64,000 bases of DNA from an uncultured Polyangiaceae bacterium (GTDB lineage Bacteria > Myxococcota_A > Polyangia > Polyangiales > Polyangiaceae): NCBI GenBank assembly GCA_964392575.1, contig CAYMQT010000002.1:21832-85831 (forward strand). Reading direction: 5' to 3'. A model generated the notes under the pieces. The model worked only from the letters and a program-made list of their open reading frames with translations. It did no database searches and was not told where the DNA came from. This document shows, one piece after another, positions 1-9,015 of the stretch (positions are counted from its first letter, which is position 1; each line of letters opens with the position of its first letter). The position numbers and the translations under genes are program-made.

Positions 1-124
1 GAGCTTGGCTGCATATGTGGTGTCGCCGGAATTCATAGCGGAAGGGGTCTCAGATCCTGTGCTGTCTCCCTACCAAATTCGGCCAAGACTGGACCTTGGG
101 ATGCATTTTCGAGTGTTCTGACTT

Positions 125-787
125 TTGTTCCGACCGTGTTCTCCAAAAAGTGCATTTATAAATAAGGTGCATGTGGCGAGTTTGGTGGACACGCAGGTTT
201 TAGAAGACCCGGACGTTTCCGAGAATCGGGACAAGGATCAACTCCTGATGCGTCGCGTCGCCGCTCGCGACCGGGAGGCGCAAAAGGTGTTGGCGGGACG
301 CCTTGTCGGTCGCGTGCGTCGCTTGTGCCGCACGCTGATGGATGACCTCAGCGAAGCGGATGATGCGTCTCAGCAAGCCCTCGTCGAGATCCTTCAGTCA
401 GCGGGAAACTTTCGAGAGCCAGGAAACCTGGAAGCGTGGGCGGACACGATCACCGTGCGTACGGCCCTTCGGATGTCTCGTCGCTTGCGCTCCAATCGTT
501 CTTGGATCGAGCAAGTGGCGCTACCGGAAAGACTGGCTCATTTTGCCAGCGACATGAGGAGGAAAGACATCACTTCTGGCCAACTGGAGGCATACCTGGA
601 CCGAATCGCGCTTCTGAAGCGCCAGGCTTTCGTGCTCCACCACGCTTTGGGTTACACGGTGGATGAAATAGCCGTACTTTCGGACAGTCCCACAGGGACG
701 GTGAAGGACAGGCTTGTTTCGGCAAGGAAAGAGCTGCGAAAAATGATCGCGCGCGAGATGGCTTCCGCGAGCAAGGGGAGCGCATGA
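125..787 (+). CDS. ECF-type RNA polymerase sigma-70 family factor
   Basis: 220-aa ORF with a region-2-like segment (DDASQQALVEILQ...LEAWADTITVRTAL) and a region-4 HTH (GYTVDEIAVLSDSPTGTVKDRLVSARKEL). Its stop overlaps the next start (ATGA at 784-787). The true start is probably an internal GTG at 167 or 173, after an AT-rich patch. Confidence 0.85.
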   Translation: MFRPCSPKSAFINKVHVASLVDTQVLEDPDVSENRDKDQLLMRRVAARDREAQKVLAGRLVGRVRRLCRTLMDDLSEADDASQQALVEILQSAGNFREPGNLEAWADTITVRTALRMSRRLRSNRSWIEQVALPERLAHFASDMRRKDITSGQLEAYLDRIALLKRQAFVLHHALGYTVDEIAVLSDSPTGTVKDRLVSARKELRKMIAREMASASKGSA

Positions 788-2457
788 GCCGCGACACGTA
801 TCAAGAATTTTGTGGCCTCAGCGACAAGAAAGCCGCAGGAAAGTCTTTGTCTTTGGCCGAGGAAGCGCGTCTTTTGGAGCTGGGGACCACCGACGTTGTT
901 TGTCAAAAAGACCGAGATATCTTTCGAAGGCTGACAGAACTCGACGTGGAGGTGTCGAGCACCCGTGACGAGACAATCCTCTCTCGAGCGCTTTCGACGG
1001 TCGCTCACGAGGAAAAAGTGGTGCCTCTTCGTCGGCAGGGGGACGTTCGACAAGCGTCGCAGAACCAAGCGTCGCAGAACCAACCGAAGCACCAAGGTAC
1101 AGAAAGTAGTGCGCGAGGTCGGAGACGAATGCGCTCTGCGTTGGTCGGTGTGGTAGCCGCGGCGGTCTTGGCGCTTGCCTTTGTTCGCCTTGAAGGGACG
1201 AACGACGCAGCGTCACCTCCACAAAAAATGGTGACTCAGGGCGCGCGCTCGGTCGAAACGGTCGAGCTGACGTTTACCTCGGGGGAAGTCTTGGTCGACG
1301 GAAAGCGAGAAGTCGTGGGACCAGATGCCCTTGGTCCAGAGAGTGTGATCGAAGTTCGTGAAGGTGGCGCATGCTTCTCGATCGAAAAGGCGACAGACGT
1401 GTGTCTTGCCGCTCATTCAAAATTGCGTCTCGACGCGCTCCGAGCAGGAAAGCGTGAAGTCACGCTCCTCGCTGGCAGAGCGGTGGCGGCACTTTTACCT
1501 CGCGCACCCGAGCGCGCGTTCAGCATCGTCTCCGAAGGGACCCGAGCCACGGCTATTGGAACGATGTACGCAGTGGAGCGGCTGAGTTCCGCAAAAACTC
1601 AGGTCACGGTGCTCGAAGGGATCGTGGAGGTCCAAGGATCTTCTCAGGCGAAACGTATTGCCAAGGACCAAAACGTTTTAGTGAGCGGCGGGGAGGTCGC
1701 GGCGCCTTCGCCGACGACGCGCTCGGAACTCGCAAAACATGAAGCGACCGTCGCACCCCGCGCGCTTTGGCAGGCAAAAAGCGTTGGGGTTTTGCACGTT
1801 GCGAGCGAGCCCGAAGGAGCCCAGGTTTTCTTATCCGGCGTAGCAGTGGGATCCGCGCCTGTGAGCATCCTTCTAGGTATCGGGGTGCACGAGATTTCCC
1901 TCGAGTCCGAGGGGTATGAATCAGCGAAGAGCGCACCGAGACTCACTCCGGGCGAGGTGCAACGCATGGTCGTGCCTTTGAAGAGGACTCCCGCTCCAGA
2001 GCTCGCGCAAAAGGACGCTCACGTTGGAGCGATGAATCCAGGCAGTCCCGTGACGGGCAATCCCGTGAATGATCAGCCGGCGACCATCCTCGCGCGGCTT
2101 TCGCGGGCCCGCGAAGCCATGAAGGCAGGAAAATGGCAGGAAGCTGCATCGATCTATGAGTCCCTTCGTCATGCGTACCCGGGGAGCGCGGAAAGTCACA
2201 CCGTGCTCGTCACTCTTGGTCAACTTCAACTCGACCGATTGAAACAGCCGAGTCAGGCACTGCGCTCCTTTCGCGCGTATCTGTCGGTCGGTGGGCCTCT
2301 GTCTCAGGAAGCTCAGTTCGGAAAGATCCGCGCTCTCCGGCAGCTGGGGCAGGGCGCGGAAGAACGCGAGGCGATTTCTGAATATCTCTCAAAGTTCTCG
2401 GGGAGCGCGGATGCGACGAATCTCCGTGTAAGACTTTCTGAGTTGTCGAAGAAATGA
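784..2457 (+). CDS. Membrane anti-sigma factor candidate with FecR-like, PEGA and TPR-like periplasmic domains
   Basis: Translationally coupled to the ECF sigma. Single TM segment (ALVGVVAAAVLALAFV), FecR-like stretch (TRATAIGTMYAVER...VTVLEGIVEVQ), PEGA-like stretch (LHVASEPEGAQVFLSGVAVGSAPV) and a helical TPR-like C-terminus. Confidence 0.7.
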   Translation: MSRDTYQEFCGLSDKKAAGKSLSLAEEARLLELGTTDVVCQKDRDIFRRLTELDVEVSSTRDETILSRALSTVAHEEKVVPLRRQGDVRQASQNQASQNQPKHQGTESSARGRRRMRSALVGVVAAAVLALAFVRLEGTNDAASPPQKMVTQGARSVETVELTFTSGEVLVDGKREVVGPDALGPESVIEVREGGACFSIEKATDVCLAAHSKLRLDALRAGKREVTLLAGRAVAALLPRAPERAFSIVSEGTRATAIGTMYAVERLSSAKTQVTVLEGIVEVQGSSQAKRIAKDQNVLVSGGEVAAPSPTTRSELAKHEATVAPRALWQAKSVGVLHVASEPEGAQVFLSGVAVGSAPVSILLGIGVHEISLESEGYESAKSAPRLTPGEVQRMVVPLKRTPAPELAQKDAHVGAMNPGSPVTGNPVNDQPATILARLSRAREAMKAGKWQEAASIYESLRHAYPGSAESHTVLVTLGQLQLDRLKQPSQALRSFRAYLSVGGPLSQEAQFGKIRALRQLGQGAEEREAISEYLSKFSGSADATNLRVRLSELSKK

Positions 2458-4118
2458 GTTCGAGCGTCCGTAGGCATGGGGCGCGTGTCACGTTCGCTTG
2501 GGCGAGTTTGTTTGCTTGTCTTGGGTTCGGGTGCGAGAGAAAAACAGATACCGTTTTTTATCCCCTGTATGTAGGATTTGAGACGAGCACCTCTGAGTCT
2601 TCTGAAGGGGCTAGCGACTTTTTGGTAGCGCTGACCATGAACGCGCCGAGCGATGCAGAAGTCGTCGTGCACATCGCTCTCGACGGAGGTACGGCGAGCA
2701 TGCACGACGATTGTGGAAGTCGCGACTATTCGGCTCCAGAAACGACGGTGGTCTTTGCACCGGGGCAAACCACGCAGACGGTGTCCTTACGGCAACTCAA
2801 TGATGAGAGCGCGGAAGCGGACGAGACTATTTTCTTGCGCATCGAGTCCGTAACAGGAGCCAGCATTGGAAAAAGGGCCTCTCATACGCATACGATTTTG
2901 GATGACGATCGAGGGGTGCTCTTGGACGTCGCGGCAGATTTCGGAGCCGTCGGTGATGGCGCCACTGACGACACGGACGCCATTCAGCGCGCGATCGATC
3001 GGGCGCGTTTGAGCGAGAATGCTGTCGTTTTTTTTCCGCCCGGCAGGTATCTCGTGACCCAATTGACGCTTTCGGAAGGGGTCAGTTACGTGGGGTATGA
3101 AGCCACAATCCTTCAAGCAGAAGGTCGCCCCAGAGACGCTCAGCTTTTGACCGTATCTCACCGAGGAGCAAGCGATTCGCGCGCGACCCTTGTGCAGGGT
3201 TTGACGATCGATGGACAAAGAGACTTGCAGGGTGCGTTTGCCGACAGACAGCGAGAAGCCAGTACTCTCTTGAGCGCCTTTGCTCATCCTGGAGAAGCTG
3301 GACGTTTGCGCTTGGTGATGGAAGACGTCACCATGCAGTTTGCTGGGGGGAACGGTCTGGTGCTGGGAACCAACACCGACGCAGTCGTTTGCCGCATGAG
3401 CGGTGAGGACGTCTTTACCGATCTGGTGAAACTGTCGGGCGGAAATTCATCGCTGACCGTGCGGCAGCTAGAAGCAGACGGAACGGTGGGCACCACCGGG
3501 ATTGCTCTCACGGGTCTCATTCCTGGATTTTTAGGCTCCCAGGCGGTGGATGTGACCCTCTCCGGTCTTCTACTCAGGACGGGCGATCTGGAGATCGACG
3601 TGCAAGAAGGGGCGTTCGTCTATGGGGAAGACATCGTCATGAGCACTCCCCCGCTTTATTTGCGTGCCGTAAGATCTGAGATTCATTTGGTGGATTCTGA
3701 TCTGCGCATCGGACCGCCGCGTCTTCGGGAAAATCGTATCGTGGCGCCGTCCAACGTGCTCCTTGAAAATTGCGACCTCACCCTGAGTGAAATCATCGAG
3801 CCCAACAGTGAGCCCATCGAAGCCGATCGAGAACTGGTCCTTGCCCACGTCACCTGGGACGATGTTGCTTATGCTTCATTGGAAGGAGAAACGGATCAGA
3901 TGGTTGAGGTCATGTTTGATCAACGGCTGACCTTTCGGGAGTGTCGCTTTCATCTTGCAGACGACATCGATGAGGAGGATGTGACGTTCGTAGGTGGAAC
4001 CCAGGGAGCAGCCGCCGATGAAAGCCAGCTGCTGCTGATTGAGGGGGGCACCATCGATGAGAGGTTTTCGGCGGTCTTCGCTCCTGGTTGCGCTGTGTGT
4101 CAGCAGACTCCTCCCTAA
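2454..4118 (+). CDS. Lipoprotein with a Calx-beta-like domain and a pectate-lyase-superfamily (right-handed beta-helix) domain
   Basis: ATGA overlap with the upstream gene. Lipobox (FACLGFGC), Calx-beta-like segment (TVVFAPGQTTQTVSLRQLNDESAEADETIFLRIESV), and a Pectate_lyase_3-type N-terminal motif (DFGAVGDGATDDTDAIQRAIDRA...VVFFPPGRYLV). Confidence 0.65.
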   Translation: MSSSVRRHGARVTFAWASLFACLGFGCERKTDTVFYPLYVGFETSTSESSEGASDFLVALTMNAPSDAEVVVHIALDGGTASMHDDCGSRDYSAPETTVVFAPGQTTQTVSLRQLNDESAEADETIFLRIESVTGASIGKRASHTHTILDDDRGVLLDVAADFGAVGDGATDDTDAIQRAIDRARLSENAVVFFPPGRYLVTQLTLSEGVSYVGYEATILQAEGRPRDAQLLTVSHRGASDSRATLVQGLTIDGQRDLQGAFADRQREASTLLSAFAHPGEAGRLRLVMEDVTMQFAGGNGLVLGTNTDAVVCRMSGEDVFTDLVKLSGGNSSLTVRQLEADGTVGTTGIALTGLIPGFLGSQAVDVTLSGLLLRTGDLEIDVQEGAFVYGEDIVMSTPPLYLRAVRSEIHLVDSDLRIGPPRLRENRIVAPSNVLLENCDLTLSEIIEPNSEPIEADRELVLAHVTWDDVAYASLEGETDQMVEVMFDQRLTFRECRFHLADDIDEEDVTFVGGTQGAAADESQLLLIEGGTIDERFSAVFAPGCAVCQQTPP

Positions 4119-4624
4119 AAGAGAGCGGCAAGATCACTGGTGAGGGATTGAAGTCTGGCTTTTCCCATGGTTTCGGTGGACGGAAACGGTCGGAAGAAAT
4201 TTGCACAATCGACCGATGCTGTTCAGATCGACCAAGGTCGTTCAGCAAGATCGTTCAGTAGGAGTAGAGAGTTCTCTTGAGGACGGTGCGGTCCACTCGT
4301 TGAGTTTTGTTGCTCGATAAGGCGGAAAAAGCTAAACTCGCAGAGTTCTTCATCGAGTTTTCGTTGTTGCCTCTCCAGTGCAGAACGCTCGATGACAGGG
4401 GTTTTCGTCTATCAAAAGACAACATTCCCCTGAACGAACAGGTGAACCTGGACGGATTTCGAAGGTGTCTCCCTTGAGGCGCCAGGACTCGAACTCTGCG
4501 CGAGCTGCTTCACGAGAGCAGAACGCCTCTGTCACAGACCCATGAAGGTTTGTGCCGTTTGGGATCACGGAAGCGCTGGATGCGAGGTGCGTCTACGCGC
4601 GTTTCTTTGAAGGATGGTGATGAG

Positions 4625-6307
4625 ATGAGAGGCACAATTGCATTCGTCGCGTGCGCGGCACTTTCCGGTTGCACGGGTGAGCTGGGAGCCCCACCGCCTG
4701 GTGAGGAGGATCCAGGTAAAACGGGTCCGGACGACAAGGAGAACGAACTTCCTACGGTTGAAGAATGTGCCGAAGTACAGGAGATCTTGGTGGGACTCAC
4801 CCCTCTGCGGCGCATGACACGGCTCCAGTACAACAATACGGTTCGGGACCTTTTCGGCATCGAGAACGATCCGGCTGAGGCGCTCTCCCCCGACGAAAAG
4901 GTAGGGCCTTTCGTCAGCAACTCGCGCACACCCATCACTGATTTGCTTGTCGAGCAACATCTGGAAGTTGCGGTGTCTCTCGCGGCACAACTCGCGCCCA
5001 CGAGGAATGAAATAGTCGGTTGTGATCTTTCTAGTGGAGCGACCTGTGTCCAGTCTTTCGTCGATACGCTCGGAAAGCGTATTTACCGGCGCCCTTTGGA
5101 GGACAGTGAACGACAGAACTACCTTGCTCTTTTTTCCCGCGGCCAAGAGGAAAGCGTGGAGGCGGGGTTCCGTTTGGTGCTCGAAACGATGCTGCAATCG
5201 CCGTTTTTCCTCTATCATGTGGACGTAGGAGTGTCCGCTGTTCCCCGGGATGGAGCGGAAAGACTCACCGGATACGAACTGGCAAACCGCTTGTCGTATT
5301 TTCTTTGGAACACGATGCCGGATGATGAGCTTTTTGCTCTTGCGGAGGCCGGAACCCTCGATGAGGACAGCGTCCTTGCGGCTCAAGTGGCGCGCATGAT
5401 CGAAGACGAAAAAGCCGCCGATACGATCCCGGGCTTTCACACTCAGTGGCTCCGCGTGGGCGACATGAGTGGCGTTGAAAAGGACGCCACCTTGTTTCCC
5501 GCTTACGGTCCTGACCTCCGGGACGCGATGGTGGCGGAACTCGGTGGCTTTGCGGATCACGTGATCCGTGCCGGCGACGGACTGATGAGCTCGCTGTTTT
5601 TGTCGACCGTTTCGCCGATGCAGGCGCCGCTGTTTTCTGTGTATGGCATGGCACAACCCGCAGGTTTTGTACCCGGTCAGCTCGTCAACTTGGACGGTAC
5701 CGAGCGCGCAGGCATTCTGACTCGGGCGGGGTTTCTGACGGCGCAGGCCCACCGGGACCAGACTTCACCCGTTCATCGCGGTTTGGTGGTTCGAGAGAAC
5801 CTTTTGTGCCAACTGCTCGAAGCGCCGCCGGCCGCAGTCAACAACGTGCCCCCCTCTCCCACTCCGGCTACGACGACAAGAGAAAGATTTGCTGCCCACA
5901 ACGAAGATCCTTCGTGCGGAAACTGTCACCGACTCATGGATCCGATCGGATTGGGATTTGAAAACTACGATCCCGTGGGCGCGTACCGGACTCATGATGG
6001 AGCTTCGGTCGTGGATGCGACGGGTGAGCTTTTGGAAGTGGCAAGCGACGTTTCTGGGGAGTTCGACGGCGCTCTAGAGCTGAGCGAGAAGCTCGCAAAG
6101 AGCCAAGATGTGGCCGATTGCATGGCGAGTCAGTGGTTTCGCTATGCCCTTGGACGAGTCGAATCTCGTGATGATGGCTGCGCGATGGTCATGATTCGCA
6201 AGGGTTTTACGGATTCTGGGCACAACATCCGGACTCTTCTCACGCAAATTGTTTTAAGCGACGCATTTCGCACGGTTCGCCTCGAAGGCGCTCAGGAGCA
6301 AAATTAA
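4625..6307 (+). CDS. DUF1592/DUF1595/DUF1588/DUF1585-family lipoprotein with a CxxCH motif
   Basis: Start placed at ATG 4625, which gives a lipoprotein signal (MRGTIAFVACAALSGC). The C-terminal part carries CGNCH (nt 5915-5929) followed by DPIGLGFENYDPVG, typical of the planctomycete-type DUF1585/1588 proteins that pair with DUF1552. Confidence 0.75.
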   Translation: MRGTIAFVACAALSGCTGELGAPPPGEEDPGKTGPDDKENELPTVEECAEVQEILVGLTPLRRMTRLQYNNTVRDLFGIENDPAEALSPDEKVGPFVSNSRTPITDLLVEQHLEVAVSLAAQLAPTRNEIVGCDLSSGATCVQSFVDTLGKRIYRRPLEDSERQNYLALFSRGQEESVEAGFRLVLETMLQSPFFLYHVDVGVSAVPRDGAERLTGYELANRLSYFLWNTMPDDELFALAEAGTLDEDSVLAAQVARMIEDEKAADTIPGFHTQWLRVGDMSGVEKDATLFPAYGPDLRDAMVAELGGFADHVIRAGDGLMSSLFLSTVSPMQAPLFSVYGMAQPAGFVPGQLVNLDGTERAGILTRAGFLTAQAHRDQTSPVHRGLVVRENLLCQLLEAPPAAVNNVPPSPTPATTTRERFAAHNEDPSCGNCHRLMDPIGLGFENYDPVGAYRTHDGASVVDATGELLEVASDVSGEFDGALELSEKLAKSQDVADCMASQWFRYALGRVESRDDGCAMVMIRKGFTDSGHNIRTLLTQIVLSDAFRTVRLEGAQEQN

Positions 6308-7720
6308 ATGGCACAGCGCAATCGGTTCAGTTTCTCAAGGCGCGATCTGTTGCTCAGCTTGGGCGCGGGAGCCGGGCTTCTTCCCTTCTTGCCGCTCCTG
6401 AATGCGTCGGGTCAGGAAGCGATTTTCCCTAAACGCCTGCTGTTGTTTTTTAGCCCTGACGGGACCGCGGCGATCGATCACGGAGGGGCTTCCTTGGGCT
6501 GGCAACCCACGGGTACGGAGACGGAGTTCACCTTGACCGAGACCCACGCGCCTCTCATCGCAGTACAAAATCGCATCGTCGTCCCCCACGGACTTTCGAT
6601 GAGTGCGGGGGGAGCCGGGCAAGAGCACGCCTTTGGGATGGCGGGCCTTTGGACGGGCGCATCTCTACACCCGCCCCATGAAGGTGCAGATTTTGACGGG
6701 GGCAACGGCCAAAGGACGGGCTGGGGCAGCGGTCCGTCGATTGATCAGATCGTGGCTGCGCAGTTTGGCAGTGGGATGCCCTACGAAAGGGCTCACGATG
6801 ATCCGGCGCCGGAAACGGCATACCGCAGCTTGGAGTTTGGTGTGCAGTGCTCGGATCCCGACAGCAAGCATCGGATGATCTACAAGGCTGACAAGCAGCC
6901 GATCCATCCAGAAACCAATCCCAAGGCGGCTTTCGACCGATTGTTCGCTGGTCTCGATTTGGATCCGATGGACCAGCCCACCGGACCCACACCGGATCAG
7001 GTGCGTCGACAAGCGTCGGTCGATTACCTGATGACCGAAGTGGAGCGTCTCCGTGGTCGCGTCGGTAGTGAAGAGTATGTGAAGATCGAGGCTCACCTAG
7101 AAGGTCTTCGTGCGATTCACCGCCGCGCGAGCGCTCTTCCACCGACTCCCTCCGTCGGTTGTACGATCCCGGCCGAGCCGGCCGCGGCCACATCCAGGTG
7201 GGAAAATAGTGCCACTTTCCCGGATGAAGCGCGGGCCATGATGGATCTTGCGGTACATTCGCTGGCTTGCGATCTCACGCGCGTAGCGAGTGTTCAGCTC
7301 AGCCGTGGATTTAGCAACATCGTCCACGAATGGTTCGGGCATACCCAAGGTCACCACACGATTTCGCACCTCGACGGCGACAACCGCGCGCAGCTTTTAC
7401 AAATCGATCAATGGTACGCGACTCAGTTCGCGTATCTCATCCAAGCGCTGGATTCCGTTCAGGAGGGCAACGGCACGTTGCTCGATAATACGTTGGTTGT
7501 GTGGGGACGCGAGATGGGACAAACGAACCATCGCATGCAGCCGGTGAATTTGATTTTGGCTGGAGGTGCGCGCGGGGCGCTCACGCCCGGACGCTATCTC
7601 AACGTCAACGGGAAAAAGCATGCGGAGCTACTCGTGTCGATAGCTCAGCTGATGGGTCTTGAACTCAACTCGGTCGGCAACATCAACGTGGATTCCGGTC
7701 CTCTCGCCGGTCTCGTTTGA
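6308..7720 (+). CDS. DUF1552-family protein with a twin-arginine signal
   Basis: Starts 1 nt after the upstream stop. Tat-like N-terminus (FSRRDLLLSLGAGAGLLPFLP). Length and position match the usual DUF1592/DUF1552 gene pair. Confidence 0.75.
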   Translation: MAQRNRFSFSRRDLLLSLGAGAGLLPFLPLLNASGQEAIFPKRLLLFFSPDGTAAIDHGGASLGWQPTGTETEFTLTETHAPLIAVQNRIVVPHGLSMSAGGAGQEHAFGMAGLWTGASLHPPHEGADFDGGNGQRTGWGSGPSIDQIVAAQFGSGMPYERAHDDPAPETAYRSLEFGVQCSDPDSKHRMIYKADKQPIHPETNPKAAFDRLFAGLDLDPMDQPTGPTPDQVRRQASVDYLMTEVERLRGRVGSEEYVKIEAHLEGLRAIHRRASALPPTPSVGCTIPAEPAAATSRWENSATFPDEARAMMDLAVHSLACDLTRVASVQLSRGFSNIVHEWFGHTQGHHTISHLDGDNRAQLLQIDQWYATQFAYLIQALDSVQEGNGTLLDNTLVVWGREMGQTNHRMQPVNLILAGGARGALTPGRYLNVNGKKHAELLVSIAQLMGLELNSVGNINVDSGPLAGLV

Positions 7721-7801
7721 TGAAAGTGAGCTTTCTTCGGATAGGATTCGGCTCAAATGCGAGGCTTGCCGTGGAATTCGGTAGGGTGTATATATAGGCG
7801 T

Positions 7802-8050
7802 ATGTCGCGCATGCAGGTCTATTTGCCCGAGGCGATGTACAAACAGGTCAAGGCCCGCGGCCTTCCCGTCTCGGAGCTTCTTCAGCGAGCGATTGAAGCC
7901 GAACTTCGCCGTCAGGAGCTACTCGCCGAGACGGATCGTTACTTGGCAGAACTCATCGCCGAAGTGGGCGAGCCCAGCGCCCGTGAACGTGCGCGCGTGC
8001 AAGCGGCTGTTCGGCGTGTGGCGCGGGGTAGGGTTCGCAAGGTAGGTTGA
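7802..8050 (+). CDS. Ribbon-helix-helix antitoxin-like protein
   Basis: Small ORF (MSRMQVYLPEAMYKQVKARGLPVSELLQRAIEAELRRQE...) resembling RHH antitoxins found upstream of PIN toxins. The start could be ATG 7802 or 7811. TTGA overlap with the next ORF. Confidence 0.5.
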   Translation: MSRMQVYLPEAMYKQVKARGLPVSELLQRAIEAELRRQELLAETDRYLAELIAEVGEPSARERARVQAAVRRVARGRVRKVG

Positions 8051-8259
8051 CGTGGAAGACGTGCGAGGTCGTTGAATACGTCCCCGAACTACTTGCTCGC
8101 CGTGCAGCACAACTTCGCCGTCTTGCTCGCAGGGGCTCTGCAGTTGACGCACTCGTCATCGCACTTGCTGAGCCAGGCGGTGCGGTTTTGACCTCCGATC
8201 CCAAAGACTTAGAATCGCTCGCTGCACACGCAGCACAGGTTTCGATCTTGCGAGCGTGA
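8047..8259 (+). pseudogene. Truncated PIN-domain toxin remnant (C-terminal part only)
   Basis: 70-aa ORF with a TTG start. Its end (DALVIALAEPGGAVLTSDPKDLESL) resembles the C-terminal third of PIN/VapC-like toxins. It is too short to hold the N-terminal acidic residues of a PIN fold. Confidence 0.35.
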
Positions 8260-8454
8260 TCGCCTCTTCGGAGACTGTAGGTGCGGTGCAGGTGGGTGTG
8301 CCTGACGAAACCACCTACGAGTCATGTGGGTAAAGGTCGGACGAAGCTCCTCATAGACGCACAAAATCACTCCGAAACGCCCGGGTTTCATCGCGCGACA
8401 GTTAAAATCCAAGGTATACTAGAGCTTCAGAGATCTTTCGCCTTTCCCCGTCCG

Positions 8455-9015
8455 ATGAAGTCAAATCGCTTTTTGGGTCCCGCCCTTTTGTCCTTGGTGT
8501 TTGCTGGTTGCGCTACCGTAACCGTAGACGAGCCTGAAACCGGCGACGGGGATGGGGACCCCATGCTGCCGTCGGGCGGCAGTCCTGGAAATGGCGCGGG
8601 CGGTACGGTGATCAGCACCGGGAACGGTGGCACCCCCTCCGGGAGTGGTGGCGCTCAAGGTGATGGCGATGGCGATCTCGTGGGCGATGGCGACCTTGTG
8701 GGCGATGGCGATGGCGACCTTGTGGGCGATGGCGATGGTGACGCAGGGACGGGAGGCACCGGGAGTGGTGGTTCTTCGTCGGGGGGTAGTGGCTCAGGGG
8801 GAGGCACGAGCAGCTGCGCACCCTGCACAGCCTGGACAACCTTCAACTATAGCGCCGGTGTTTATCCATCCATTGGTCAATGTATAACAGCCATCGACGG
8901 GAAGAATTACATCTACGAATCAGGCAAGACAACAGAGCTCGAATGCGGCCCACCTGGACCTCAGCGGCCCGGTTGGTGTACGAATACGAACTCAACGTTT
9001 GTACTCTGCAACTAG
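8455..9015 (+). CDS. Secreted lipoprotein with a GDGDLV-repeat linker and a Cys-rich C-terminal domain
   Basis: Start placed at ATG 8455, giving the signal MKSNRFLGPALLSLVFAGC. G/D-rich repeats are encoded at about 8659-8742. The C-terminal domain has 6 Cys residues. Confidence 0.65.
   Translation: MKSNRFLGPALLSLVFAGCATVTVDEPETGDGDGDPMLPSGGSPGNGAGGTVISTGNGGTPSGSGGAQGDGDGDLVGDGDLVGDGDGDLVGDGDGDAGTGGTGSGGSSSGGSGSGGGTSSCAPCTAWTTFNYSAGVYPSIGQCITAIDGKNYIYESGKTTELECGPPGPQRPGWCTNTNSTFVLCN

Noticed and set aside
1-36. Possible start of a minus-strand gene running off the left edge (ATG at 36-34, MNSGDTTYAAKL...).
   Set aside because: Only 12 codons are visible, so it cannot be supported.
4470-4500. 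tRNA-like GGACTCGAAC motif suggesting a minus-strand tRNA.
   Set aside because: The flanking bases do not form a T-stem (CAGAG versus CCTGG does not pair), and no acceptor or anticodon arms could be built.
4565-5752. Long antisense or alternative-frame ORFs: 4565-5752 (-), 16826-17935 (+), 46188-47210 (+), 50667-51776 (-), 57586-58338 (-), 61427-62308 (-), 61431-62183 (+), and many shorter ones.
   Set aside because: Each lies opposite or out of frame to a gene with clear family motifs. Their translations are Arg/Pro/Gly-rich with no motifs. Such ORFs are expected in GC-rich DNA.
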